From the NCBI GenBank assembly GCA_001563335.1, contig LRSL01000047.1, positions 1-51,565 of the forward strand: 51,565 nt of DNA, read 5' to 3'. Below, piece by piece: positions 8,827 through 18,557 of this stretch. Within the stretch, counting starts at the first letter, position 1. Each line of letters opens with the position of its first letter. The position numbers and the translations under genes are program-made. The notes under the pieces are model-generated. The model worked only from the letters and a program-made list of their open reading frames with translations. It searched no databases and was not told where the DNA came from. The stretch comes from Candidatus Thorarchaeota archaeon SMTZ1-45 (lineage in GTDB: Archaea > Asgardarchaeota > Thorarchaeia > Thorarchaeales > Thorarchaeaceae).

Positions 8827-9519
8827 ATGAGAGCCGTACTCAAAATCGGAGGTTCACTCCTCTATGATGATGACGGTCAAGTTCGCATTGACCGACTAAG
8901 AGAGTACGCTGAATCAATCAAGTCCTTAGTCAAAGATGGGCATTCATTGGTTGTTGTGGTTGGTGGTGGAAAACCAGCACGCATCTTCATTAATGCAGCT
9001 AGAGAGCTTGGTGCAAACGAGGCTCAGTGTGACTGGCTTGGAATTAAACTGGCTAGGAATAATGCTGAGTTGCTCTGTGCAGCTCTTGGTGATTATGCAT
9101 ACCCTAAGATAATCGACGACTATGATGAACTAGAAGTAGCAGTCAATCTTAGCAAGGTCGTATTAATGGGGGGTATGGTGCCAGGTCAATCAACTAATGC
9201 AGTAGCTGCAGCTTCTGCAGAACTGATACATGCAGACATGCTATTCAATGCAACTAATGTTGATGGTGTTTATGACCGCAACCCAGAGGAAAAGGGTGCT
9301 AAAAAACTGGACAGTGTTGATGTCTCTAAGTTGAGAGAGATTTTGTCCTCTGAGGGTACCAAAGCAGGACAATACAACCTATTTGATCCAGTCGCAATTG
9401 GGATTGTTGAACGATCACATATTCCTACTGTGATATTCAACGGGAACAACACAAAGAACCTAGAAAAGGCTTTCAACAAAGAGAAGATTGGAACCCAAAT
9501 TATGCACAACACGAAATGA
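8827..9519 (+). CDS. pyrH: UMP kinase
   Basis: VLKIGGS, VVGGGKPAR, GGMVPGQSTNAVAA, ATNVDGVY (archaeal type). Confidence 0.96.
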   Translation: MRAVLKIGGSLLYDDDGQVRIDRLREYAESIKSLVKDGHSLVVVVGGGKPARIFINAARELGANEAQCDWLGIKLARNNAELLCAALGDYAYPKIIDDYDELEVAVNLSKVVLMGGMVPGQSTNAVAAASAELIHADMLFNATNVDGVYDRNPEEKGAKKLDSVDVSKLREILSSEGTKAGQYNLFDPVAIGIVERSHIPTVIFNGNNTKNLEKAFNKEKIGTQIMHNTK

Positions 9520-9541
9520 TGAAACAAGAGGCGAGAATAAG

Positions 9542-9832
9542 TTGAAGAGGTTGCTCGAGAAAGTATTTGCATCCCGCGCACAGACACGCGTTGTCCAACA
9601 CTTCCTAGACCGTCCAAAAGAGTTCTTTAATCTGAGCCGATTAGCAAAGGAAACTGGACTTGCTCATTCAACAATTCACCGCGTGATGCAACCTCTTGTT
9701 GACATGGGGCTTGTGAAAGAGATTAAAGCTGGGCAACAGATTCGGTTGTTCATTCTTGAAACAGAGGATGACCGGTCTAAGATAATATCAGAGTTCTATG
9801 CTAAAATCAAACCTCATCTTGAAACCAGCTGA
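9542..9832 (+). CDS. Winged-helix transcriptional regulator
   Basis: FNLSRLAKETGLAHSTIHRVM HTH; probable TTG start. Confidence 0.8.
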   Translation: MKRLLEKVFASRAQTRVVQHFLDRPKEFFNLSRLAKETGLAHSTIHRVMQPLVDMGLVKEIKAGQQIRLFILETEDDRSKIISEFYAKIKPHLETS

Positions 9833-9907
9833 GATAGAACTCGAGCATGTTTGTTCATTGATTCTGCCAAAACGGCTATATTGAGATAGAATCTTCTTGC
9901 AGAGTGT

Positions 9908-10027
9908 GCCGAGATAGCCAAGCCCGGTCAACGGCGATGGACTCAAGATCAATCACAAGTCGCCAGACTCTGAGGAGAAATCCATTCTCGTAGGAGTTCA
10001 TGGGTTCGAATCCCATTCTCGGCACCA
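9908..10027 (+). tRNA. tRNA-Leu(CAA) with 32-nt intron at 37/38 (9948-9979)
   Basis: GCCGAGA/TCTCGGC acceptor, ATGGA-CT-CAA-G[intron]A-TCCAT, long variable arm, encoded CCA, near-canonical BHB. Confidence 0.95.
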
Positions 10028-10069
10028 TTTTAATGAGATTCTATATATAGACACTAAGGCAATCAGCAT

Positions 10070-10528
10070 CTATTTTCTTATGCGAACAATCTTAGCACCG
10101 GTATCCTTCACGATTTCTTCAGATTTGATTCTAAGGAGATGTCGATCAGTCCCTCCACCACCAATCACCTCAGTCATTTCCATAACTCTTGGATCAATGA
10201 GGACTATAGCGTTCTTGATGGCTATGGGGGGTGTCCCGCCAACCTCGAATCCCGTCAAGTCAAATGCCTCCTCAGGTGATGCAAGTTTAGGTGGTAGAAT
10301 CCCAATTGCTTTTCCAATCCTTTTGGAGCTTGCACGATCAGTTCCATTAACAATGGCGAGAACCACTTCATCCTTAGCTAGAAATACCACAGTCTTGATG
10401 AATCGCTTAGGTGGGACACCTAGTTCATTGGAAGCAGCTTCAACGGAATGAACACGACCCCTCATCGTGAGTATCTCAGCCTCGATGTTGTTTTCATCGA
10501 TGTAGTTCTGTAAATCATTGTTGTCCAA
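10070..10528 (-). CDS. YbaK/EbsC (ProX-like) aminoacyl-tRNA deacylase family
   Basis: FIKTVVF, TGFEVGGTPP, GGGG motifs. Confidence 0.9.
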   Translation of the reverse strand: MDNNDLQNYIDENNIEAEILTMRGRVHSVEAASNELGVPPKRFIKTVVFLAKDEVVLAIVNGTDRASSKRIGKAIGILPPKLASPEEAFDLTGFEVGGTPPIAIKNAIVLIDPRVMEMTEVIGGGGTDRHLLRIKSEEIVKDTGAKIVRIRK

Positions 10529-10587
10529 AATTTATCACTTCCATTTGCCTTGATATGCAACGTTGTTTGAGAAAAAGAGTTTGGTAC

Positions 10588-10704
10588 TCACGTTGCTTCC
10601 AACGCGAGTACTTCGGCTAGAGAGAGTTTGTTACAATCTCTGGTGATACTATTCTGAACCTCATGATCTGAGGACGAGTCTGCGGATTTATCAGAGTGGA
10701 TCAT
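10588..10704 (-). CDS. Small peptide 3 (38 aa, MIHSDKSADSSSDHEVQNSITRDCNKLSLAEVLALEAT)
   Basis: ATG 6 nt after the peptide 2 stop, with GAGGT SD-like motif. Confidence 0.45.
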   Translation of the reverse strand: MIHSDKSADSSSDHEVQNSITRDCNKLSLAEVLALEAT

Positions 10705-10710
10705 CTGAGT

Positions 10711-10824
10711 CTACCTCAGGAAGGATGTCCTGTAAACTTCAGTCCGTACTTGTGATTTCGATCTATGAAGTTCCTTCAAGTCCGGTTCAATACTGAGTTC
10801 TTTCCTAAGTTTCGCGAGTGCCAT
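10711..10824 (-). CDS. Small peptide 2 (37 aa, MALAKLRKELSIEPDLKELHRSKSQVRTEVYRTSFLR)
   Basis: GGAGGT SD-like motif upstream; ATG 4 nt after the peptide 1 stop. Confidence 0.65.
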   Translation of the reverse strand: MALAKLRKELSIEPDLKELHRSKSQVRTEVYRTSFLR

Positions 10825-10828
10825 TGGA

Positions 10829-10933
10829 TTACCTCCGGTAGGTGTATGCATAGGCTAGAGCATCAGTAGACATGACCTTCATCTTATTGTTCTTCAGCAC
10901 AGATGTGTTTAGTGAGTTAGTTGCTAGAGCCAT
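10829..10933 (-). CDS. Small peptide 1 (34 aa, MALATNSLNTSVLKNNKMKVMSTDALAYAYTYRR)
   Basis: First ATG downstream of a TATATATA box (~10966-10973). Confidence 0.6.
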   Translation of the reverse strand: MALATNSLNTSVLKNNKMKVMSTDALAYAYTYRR

Positions 10934-11003
10934 GATATTTCACAAGAGATACTGCTCAGATTTAGTATATATACCGAAGCCACGTATAGGGGTCACAGGA
11001 CGA

Positions 11004-11020
11004 AGTCACATGATGTGACT
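11004..11020. promoter_or_regulatory. Perfect palindrome AGTCACAT-G-ATGTGACT (putative transcription-factor site)
   Basis: About 30 bp upstream of the peptide-operon TATA box; extra GTCACA half-site at 10992. Confidence 0.5.
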
Positions 11021-11050
11021 ATCAAAAAGGGTCAAGAGTATCAGTTCAGT

Positions 11051-12766
11051 CTATTTCTTAATGATTCTCATCAGTTTCTTCAAGGGGTAAGTATTGATGA
11101 CATCGTCAGGAGTCAACCATCCACGGCGAGCTTGGTATACTCCAAATCGCATGTAATCAAGCTCTGAAATTCTATGTGCATCCGTATTTATTGCAATTTT
11201 CAGACCAATCTTAGTTGCAGCACGTAGATTACCAGCGTTTAGATCTAGTCTTTGTGGATGGGCATTTAGCTCCATGATTACGTTGTGCTTCTGAGCTGTT
11301 TCAAACACGCTCTCCAAATTAATTTCAAATTCAGACCTTTTCCCGATTAGACGACCGGTAGGATGTCCGAGGATGTGGACATACTTATTCTCCAGAGCAG
11401 TACAAACTCTTTCTGTCATGATTTCCTTTGTGTCTTTCATCCTACTATGAATCGAACCAGTTACAATATCTAGTTGGGATAGAACATCATCTTCTATATC
11501 TAGACCACCATCTGCTAGTATGTCTACTTCTGCACCTTTGAGTATCTTCATCTTCCAGCGGCCCGATGCGTTAAGCTCATCAATCTCATCAATCCGTTTC
11601 AATAGACGACTCTCATCCATACCATTTGCGATAGTGAGACTCTGGGTATGGTCTGATACACAATAGTACTCGTACTCAAGCGCTTGAGCTGTGTTCAGCA
11701 TCTCTTCGATTGTATTTTTGCCATCAGATTGGTCTGTGTGACTATGAAGGTCTCCACGAATGTCGCTCATCGAAACTAAAGTGGGAATCTTTTTTTTCTG
11801 AGCTGCTTCAATCTCGCCTTTGTCCTCTCTCAGTTCTGGGGGTATCCATTGAAGTCCAAGTGCCTTATAGACACCCTCTTCATCATCACCGGCGATTTTC
11901 TTCTCATTCTTGAAAAGACCATATTCATTCAGGCGCAATCCCATCTTTTGAGCGATTGACCGCAATTTGACATTGTGGTCCACACTCCCGGTAAAATATT
12001 GAAGCCCAGCTCCAAAACTTTCACTCGGTAATACTCTGAGGTCTACTTGTAGACCAGATTCCAGTCGTATTGATGACTTTGTAGGACCTTGAGCGATGAC
12101 GGTGGCCACACCTTCAAATTTTACAAACTCCTCCATCACAGTTTTAGGGTCTGTTGCATCTAACAAGAAGTCAATATCACCAATGGTTTCTCTTCGGCGC
12201 CGAGTGGAACCAGCGATGGTGAGTTGTTTTACGACTTTTAGTTTGCGTAGCTTCTTTTCAATTTGCTCAGCCACAGAGATCGCATCAGAGAGAAGAGTTC
12301 GCTCTAATCCAGCGCGTACAATCTGAATGCCCTCAATAATCTGCTTCTGTGTTTTTTCGCCAAGGCCCGGTAGACTAGAGAGCTTCCCTTGGTTGGCGGC
12401 TTTTTCAAGAGATTCAATGTCTGTCACACCTAATTTCTCATACACAAGTTTGATTGTCTTTGGACCAACACCAGGTATCGAGTCCAATTCAAGAACATTA
12501 ACTGGAACACGTGTTCTAAGCTCATTAAGAATTCTCACTTCACCAGTTTCAAGATATGTTTTGATAACATCTGCAAGACTCTTACCAATACCTGGAATGT
12601 CCATCAGAGCCCCTCGTTTTGCCACAGATTCAACATCCTCCCCGAGGGATGTTATAGACCTCACGCCACGATAATATGCAAGGTGCTTAAACCGGTCCTT
12701 GCCCTCAATTTCCAAAAGTAGACCAATTTCTTGTAGAACGCGAGCCACTTCAGCATTTCTAGTCAT
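11051..12766 (-). CDS. polX: DNA polymerase X with C-terminal PHP domain
   Basis: HhH motifs, AGSTRR..GDIDF, QVDLR, QYFTGS; PHP motifs DLHSHT, DH and NTDAH. Confidence 0.96.
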   Translation of the reverse strand: MTRNAEVARVLQEIGLLLEIEGKDRFKHLAYYRGVRSITSLGEDVESVAKRGALMDIPGIGKSLADVIKTYLETGEVRILNELRTRVPVNVLELDSIPGVGPKTIKLVYEKLGVTDIESLEKAANQGKLSSLPGLGEKTQKQIIEGIQIVRAGLERTLLSDAISVAEQIEKKLRKLKVVKQLTIAGSTRRRRETIGDIDFLLDATDPKTVMEEFVKFEGVATVIAQGPTKSSIRLESGLQVDLRVLPSESFGAGLQYFTGSVDHNVKLRSIAQKMGLRLNEYGLFKNEKKIAGDDEEGVYKALGLQWIPPELREDKGEIEAAQKKKIPTLVSMSDIRGDLHSHTDQSDGKNTIEEMLNTAQALEYEYYCVSDHTQSLTIANGMDESRLLKRIDEIDELNASGRWKMKILKGAEVDILADGGLDIEDDVLSQLDIVTGSIHSRMKDTKEIMTERVCTALENKYVHILGHPTGRLIGKRSEFEINLESVFETAQKHNVIMELNAHPQRLDLNAGNLRAATKIGLKIAINTDAHRISELDYMRFGVYQARRGWLTPDDVINTYPLKKLMRIIKK

Positions 12767-12777
12767 TTGTTAGCCTC

Positions 12778-13791
12778 CTATTCATAATCATAAGGATCAA
12801 TTGATCTTACTGCATTTCTAACCGACACAATATTCTCTTGTGGCGTATCAATGGTGATGACGCATCCTGGGGTAATAATCAGACGTTCCAGACCAGCCTT
12901 ATCGATTGCTTCGAGTACCTGCTTTTCAGCTTGTTCAGGGCTTTCAGTCCTAAACACTCCATTATGATCAATCCCACCTAGAACTGCTCCTCGAAATCGT
13001 TTCTTGCCTTGCTTTAGAGAGAGTGAAGAGCTTTGGTCTTCCCAGTTTATGCCATCAACTCCCGGAGTATTTGCAATCTTATCAAACCGGATTTCTTCAT
13101 TCTCTTCTCGAGCATGTAGATGTAAGACAATGAATTTCGCTTTCCCTCTGAGGTTTTTGATTATCTCTAGATCATATGGGTAGACAAACTCTTTGTATTG
13201 ACTATTGGTGACTGAAGATTGTGTGGAGTGCTGAGAAGCCAAGAAGATGCCATCAGCTCCTGCATCTATGGTCGCTCTAGCGAAGTCAATCATTACATCA
13301 GTGATTATATCAAGTGCACCTTTCAATATCTCAGGATGCTCATCAGCGTATTTGTTGAAGCTCTTATCAGAGATTTTGTCAGCGACCATTGCAGAATCGA
13401 ATACTGTAGCCATTGTGGGCACTACACCTTCTGCATATTTTTGGATCAGCTCAACTGCACGGATTTGTTTACCAAGTTCACCTGCGTTCACATCAAGAGG
13501 TTCTAGAGTTTCCCAGTCGCTCGCATTGTTGATAGCTGCGTTGGTCAAAGTCGTCGATCCAGTCACCTCACCATCATAGGTTGCAGTGCAACCAAAGTCA
13601 ATACATGGAAAATGGCCAAAGAAAGATATCTTCATTAAATCATGGTCTAGTAGTCTGTGGAAGTCAATCTCAGCTTTAGCCAGACCCTCAGGAGTCCTAT
13701 CTTGTTCAGGATGATGTTTCCAGAGAGAGATTGGAATCCGTTCCCCTAAGTTGCCAAGGAAAGATTCCTTAATCAAATCAAATTTCGACAT
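12778..13791 (-). CDS. Uroporphyrinogen decarboxylase superfamily protein (URO-D/MtaA-like)
   Basis: AGADGIFLA, LHLH, GGID, IITPGC motifs. Confidence 0.85.
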   Translation of the reverse strand: MSKFDLIKESFLGNLGERIPISLWKHHPEQDRTPEGLAKAEIDFHRLLDHDLMKISFFGHFPCIDFGCTATYDGEVTGSTTLTNAAINNASDWETLEPLDVNAGELGKQIRAVELIQKYAEGVVPTMATVFDSAMVADKISDKSFNKYADEHPEILKGALDIITDVMIDFARATIDAGADGIFLASQHSTQSSVTNSQYKEFVYPYDLEIIKNLRGKAKFIVLHLHAREENEEIRFDKIANTPGVDGINWEDQSSSLSLKQGKKRFRGAVLGGIDHNGVFRTESPEQAEKQVLEAIDKAGLERLIITPGCVITIDTPQENIVSVRNAVRSIDPYDYE

Positions 13792-13919
13792 AACAGGTCT
13801 ACCTGTGGAGCTAGGAATAATGAGGCTTTCGAAGGGACCAACAAGGTTTATCGCCATCAAACATAAGAGCAGAATACATCCAGACGTTCAAGTCCGATTC
13901 AGTATCGGGAGGAGGTCCT

Positions 13920-15113
13920 TTGTCAGAACTGACTGCTCTATTCGATCCGGAGGCAATCCTTAGTCTGGATGGCATCGACGAGTTAGACAGAATGAGGGCA
14001 GAACCCAATCCATACTGGAATCGAGCACGACTAGAGGTCACTTGGAACCTTCCTGTGATGTCGGGATTGCTCAAGAGCCCAAGGATATCGGTTCAGCCTA
14101 TGCGTCGTGCTACACGTGAGGAACTTCTTTTATTCCACGACCCTTCATATATTGAAACGCTCGAACTCTTCGGAAATATGGGTACAGCGTTCTCCGCTCG
14201 TTTTGGGTTGGATACTAATGAGTGTCCAATCTTCCCAGGTGTTGACCAATATGCGAGCTATATTGTTGGTGGAACCATTGACGCAGTGATGGGGGTTGCT
14301 GATGGCAAGTTCGAAGACGCTGTATCGTTCTTTGGAGGCCTTCATCATGCGCTAGAGAGCCAAGCGGCAGGCTTCTGTTACTATAATGATTGTGTGGTTG
14401 CAATAAAGAAGTACCAGCAAAAATATCCAGGAAAGAAGGTGCTCTATCTTGATACTGATGCCCATCATGGAGATGGTGTTCAGCATGCATTCTATCATGA
14501 CCCAAATGTCCTGACCATTTCGCTTCACGAGCTGAGTATGGGATTCTTTCCTGGAACAGGCAGAGTTGAAGAGGTTGGTATTGGCGAGGGAAAGGGGTAC
14601 TCGGTCAATATTCCACTGCCACCTCTCACAGACGATGTTGAATGGTGGCGAGCATTTGAGGATGTTGTCGTGCCGATCTGGCTAGCGTATAAACCGGATT
14701 TTGTGTTCTGGGAGGTGGGCGCAGATGGATACATGAATGACCCGCTCACAGACTTGATGTTGACTTATGATACATATCAACGAACATCCAAGACCGTTCG
14801 TCAGCTTGTTCACTTAGGAACCAGAAAGTTGGTTGTAACAGGAGGTGGTGGGTACAACGCTGTGGCGGCTGCCAAGATTTGGACTATCATATTGGCAGAC
14901 ATCGCAGACATTGCATTGCCACCGACAATTCCAGCTGAGTGGATAGAGCTGTGTCATAAACATGGTTTCCAAGTAAAGAGAGGGGGATGGACCAGCAGAC
15001 CTTTCAGAATGCCCAGTGACCAGTATCCGAAAATACGTCGAGCAGTGGATGATACAATAGAGAAAGTAAAGAGTCTTGTTTTTCCAACCTTTGGCTTGGA
15101 AGATCAGATTTAG
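13920..15113 (+). CDS. Zn-dependent HDAC/AcuC-family deacetylase
   Basis: GGLHHA..AGFCYYND, DTDAHHGDG, GADG..DPL, GGGGY. Confidence 0.95.
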   Translation: MSELTALFDPEAILSLDGIDELDRMRAEPNPYWNRARLEVTWNLPVMSGLLKSPRISVQPMRRATREELLLFHDPSYIETLELFGNMGTAFSARFGLDTNECPIFPGVDQYASYIVGGTIDAVMGVADGKFEDAVSFFGGLHHALESQAAGFCYYNDCVVAIKKYQQKYPGKKVLYLDTDAHHGDGVQHAFYHDPNVLTISLHELSMGFFPGTGRVEEVGIGEGKGYSVNIPLPPLTDDVEWWRAFEDVVVPIWLAYKPDFVFWEVGADGYMNDPLTDLMLTYDTYQRTSKTVRQLVHLGTRKLVVTGGGGYNAVAAAKIWTIILADIADIALPPTIPAEWIELCHKHGFQVKRGGWTSRPFRMPSDQYPKIRRAVDDTIEKVKSLVFPTFGLEDQI

Positions 15114-15745
15114 CCAAGACGTAATCTAGCAAGTACACACCTATGTTCGGTTTCATCTAGATAGCTATCATAGATCTCAAATGATTGAAACTCGATTGAA
15201 ATCTCCTTCTCTGTGAAATAATGATGAGGAATTCCACTTTCCCATCCTTGTTGCGGAACATAGGTTCCCTCCTCCACTTTGACAAGTTTCCAATCATTCT
15301 TTTCATTCAGAGGAGCAGGTTTCAATACTGGAAAAGTAACAAAGAGGATACCACCTGGTTTCAGAACTCTCTCAATCTCACTGATTGTCTTTTTGATATC
15401 CTTCATCAGATTGTGATGTATAACTTGAACCGAAATAACTGCATCAAAGAAGTTATTATCATAGGGAAATGGGTCCTCCATCTTATGCTCGCAGAGATTA
15501 GCGTGTAGAGATTCATCTTTGAGCCATTCTCGAGCCATGCTGAGCGCTTTCGGAGAGGCATCGAAACCGTACACATCAAAACCTAGATGCGTGAGATACA
15601 CAACATGTCGACCCGACCCACAGCCAAGATCAAGAATTCGTGAACCATTATTTTCCTGTATTAGTTTCACAACTCTTTCCATGTCTGAGTGAGGGTCAGT
15701 AAATACCCGACCTCTTTCTGCGAAGATTTTATCCCAAGCTGGCAT
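15110..15745 (-). CDS. Class I SAM-dependent methyltransferase
   Basis: ILDLGCGSGRH, RVLKPGG. Confidence 0.92.
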   Translation of the reverse strand: MPAWDKIFAERGRVFTDPHSDMERVVKLIQENNGSRILDLGCGSGRHVVYLTHLGFDVYGFDASPKALSMAREWLKDESLHANLCEHKMEDPFPYDNNFFDAVISVQVIHHNLMKDIKKTISEIERVLKPGGILFVTFPVLKPAPLNEKNDWKLVKVEEGTYVPQQGWESGIPHHYFTEKEISIEFQSFEIYDSYLDETEHRCVLARLRLG

Positions 15746-15846
15746 CAGTGTTCATAATCAACATTCTATAGCTGATATGGATTGCGGCTTGTTGGTCGGT
15801 TGAAATAAAAGAGGGAGTTAGACATTACTTTGTTCACATTCCCAAG

Positions 15847-17610
15847 GTGGACATAGACTTGAACATAAGACGTAGACACTTAGTATTCATTCTTGGCTTA
15901 ATCATCATGTTTTCGGGGACCGTGTTAGCAGCAAGCGTGCAGAGTGGGTTCGGTTCAATAGCTGTCACAGAGGTTGATTTTCAGGCAGCTGATGGGTCTA
16001 TGATTCATAGCACACTTCAGAAACCCAATTATGCAACTGACACTGACCCATTACCAGGCGTAGTTGTGATTCATGGCTCACAACAGAACAAAGAGTGGTT
16101 GATGGCATTTGGTATTGAAATTGCACGACGTGGATTTGTGGTTCTTACAATCGATGCGAATGGTCATGGTAATTCTGAGCCAGGATCAGGTAGTGGAACA
16201 GCAGCGTTGGATTATATCGCATCCTTAGATTTTGTTGATGGTACACAGATTGGCCTAATAGGCCACAGCATGGGGGGTGGTATCGCATGGGCTGCTATAA
16301 ACGAGTCTAGTGTCTATGTACGGGCTTTGGTTCTTGTTGGTTCTGGGTTTTGGCTAGAAACGCCATATATACCGAACACTCTTTTGGCAACAGGCAACTT
16401 TGATTCTCTGTCCAGTTATCCTCATAATCTCACATTATTGGAGCCATACTTCAACGTGACAGGCGTGGTGCCAGATACAACCTACGGTGATTTTGCTAAC
16501 AACACTGCGAGGAGAGCTGTGTTTCCATCGACTAATCACCTGTTTGAAACTATTGATCCAGTAATTGTCAGCGAGAGTGCTGAATGGATGAAGAACAGCC
16601 TGAAGGGAGGGATTGAGGATGAGCACTGGATAGTGAGTACGAGTCTTCTGTATCCATTTTGGTTGGCTGGCGGACTCTTCGGATTGATTGGAGCTCTGCT
16701 TACGATTTTCCCATTAATCGTAATTCTGCTTGATACACCCCTCTTCTCGGAGCTGAAAGGGGAACCAAAAGACGAACCAGCCACCAGAAAGTCATTCTAT
16801 GGATATGGGTTGATTCTAGGACTAATTGGCATCATAACATTCTTCCCATTTCTTGCAGTTGGTCTTCTATTAACAGTAGTAATCCCCTTCCCAACGTTTT
16901 ATGGATTATCTGTGGTATCATGGATATTGGGGAGTGGACTTGTCGCGTTACTGGCTCTTTTTGTTATCTTACGTTCACGGAGAAAAAGAGCCACGCACGA
17001 TGAAACAACAAACATGAGTATTGAAGAGTCAGTTCAAACAGTAAGGGGTCTGCTTGGAACAGGAGACAAGAAACCTGTCCCGTATTTGTTAAAGACTCTC
17101 GTACTAACCATTATTCTGTTCGGTTGGTTGTACTTGCTGACTTTATTGGTCGATTTTGGACTTGTCTTGGATTTGAGATGCTTCCTTCCTGGACTCCATG
17201 ACCTTACATTGGGACAGGCAAGATTAGTACCTCTCTATTTTGTGGTATTTCTAGTGTACACATTGGTTGACGGAGCCTGGTTGACAGGTGTTATGTTGCC
17301 AGAGAGCTCTGGGACATGGGCAAAGGTTCAGTTGAATTGGACCATGAAATCAGTATTCATCAAGACTATTCCTTATCTCATTCTGATTGCGTACGAATTC
17401 CTTGGAGGATACTTGGCAGGGGCACCTGTTGTTCCGCGCACCATTGGTTACTCTTGGTTGTTCTTCTACGCATTCGCACCATGGTTTGCAATATGTACTG
17501 TCATCACCATGTTTGCCTATCGCGTGACTGGTAATCGTTGGCTCGGAGCTATGATCAATTCTATTCTGTGTGCGTGGCTTCTTGCATCGATATTAGGCTT
17601 GAGTTGGTAG
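15847..17610 (+). CDS. Membrane-anchored alpha/beta hydrolase with C-terminal multi-TM domain
   Basis: N-terminal TM/signal, VVIHG, GHSMGG nucleophile elbow, about 8 C-terminal TM helices. Confidence 0.88.
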   Translation: MDIDLNIRRRHLVFILGLIIMFSGTVLAASVQSGFGSIAVTEVDFQAADGSMIHSTLQKPNYATDTDPLPGVVVIHGSQQNKEWLMAFGIEIARRGFVVLTIDANGHGNSEPGSGSGTAALDYIASLDFVDGTQIGLIGHSMGGGIAWAAINESSVYVRALVLVGSGFWLETPYIPNTLLATGNFDSLSSYPHNLTLLEPYFNVTGVVPDTTYGDFANNTARRAVFPSTNHLFETIDPVIVSESAEWMKNSLKGGIEDEHWIVSTSLLYPFWLAGGLFGLIGALLTIFPLIVILLDTPLFSELKGEPKDEPATRKSFYGYGLILGLIGIITFFPFLAVGLLLTVVIPFPTFYGLSVVSWILGSGLVALLALFVILRSRRKRATHDETTNMSIEESVQTVRGLLGTGDKKPVPYLLKTLVLTIILFGWLYLLTLLVDFGLVLDLRCFLPGLHDLTLGQARLVPLYFVVFLVYTLVDGAWLTGVMLPESSGTWAKVQLNWTMKSVFIKTIPYLILIAYEFLGGYLAGAPVVPRTIGYSWLFFYAFAPWFAICTVITMFAYRVTGNRWLGAMINSILCAWLLASILGLSW

Positions 17611-17648
17611 AATGTAACAAGACTGAAGGACCATTTGGAGTCCTTCTG

Positions 17649-18548
17649 TCACCTCTTTTTCGGATTTGAGAATAACCACTCAATTAATCCCGTACCATGT
17701 ACCTCTAATTCATCGCACTGATGGGTAGCCATTTCTTCAAAGAGTTCTGTTGTTCCTCCTTCAAATTCACGTGTAAATCTAACATAGCTCGTTGGAGAAA
17801 TAAGAGAAGACCTCAAAGTATAGCTGCTTCCATCCTTTCCATAGACCTTTGTCAACGCACCAATCGGAAGATTGGATTGTTTCTCATGATAGATGGTGTC
17901 AAGGTCGACTTGAATGACAGGAACATGATTACTGGCTGTGCTAATTCCACCTGAGGGGTGCAACTCACCATCTACAGTGTCAAGACGAAGACCTATGGAT
18001 AACTCATTGAACTGCGCATGAAGCGCAAACCATCTTTCAATATGCCAGTTTCGAAATCCCCAACTCTTGTCACGCTCTCCAAGTCCACTAAACTCCAAAA
18101 TCTCACCATCAGCTAGTTGGATCTTTCCTCTTACTTCTCCCGACTGTTCGAAGTGACCAGCCCATGAAGTGCCACTTCCCTGACCAAAATCGTAAGCTGG
18201 AAATCGACCAGTCCATCGGATGTTGGCGTTGAGATTCCTTCCCTTGTATTTGAGTATCCACTCCTTGAAAGGTTCAACAACCTTGTATGAGAGAACTCCG
18301 TTTGAGAGTGACTTATGGAAGTCGTGCGGCACTTCACCATCAGGTTCTACAAAATATACTTCTCGCTGATCATTGTAGAAAAGCGCGAAGACAAATTCCC
18401 TCTTTGATATATTTGGAAGAAGACCGATAGTTGAGAATCCTGAGATACCTACACTAAGATCAACCCAGTTGAAATAATAGCTCTCGCGCCATGCAGGATG
18501 TTTAGTTGGTTCGTGTGCATATTCATCAGCATCAACGAGCTCACCCAT
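17649..18548 (-). CDS. Beta-barrel protein (DUF7064/7065-like; AttH/tocopherol cyclase-like fold)
   Basis: WRESYYFNW, HFEQSG..G, GERDKSWG.R.W motifs. Confidence 0.75.
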   Translation of the reverse strand: MGELVDADEYAHEPTKHPAWRESYYFNWVDLSVGISGFSTIGLLPNISKREFVFALFYNDQREVYFVEPDGEVPHDFHKSLSNGVLSYKVVEPFKEWILKYKGRNLNANIRWTGRFPAYDFGQGSGTSWAGHFEQSGEVRGKIQLADGEILEFSGLGERDKSWGFRNWHIERWFALHAQFNELSIGLRLDTVDGELHPSGGISTASNHVPVIQVDLDTIYHEKQSNLPIGALTKVYGKDGSSYTLRSSLISPTSYVRFTREFEGGTTELFEEMATHQCDELEVHGTGLIEWLFSNPKKR

Positions 18549-18557
18549 CTTGATCAC

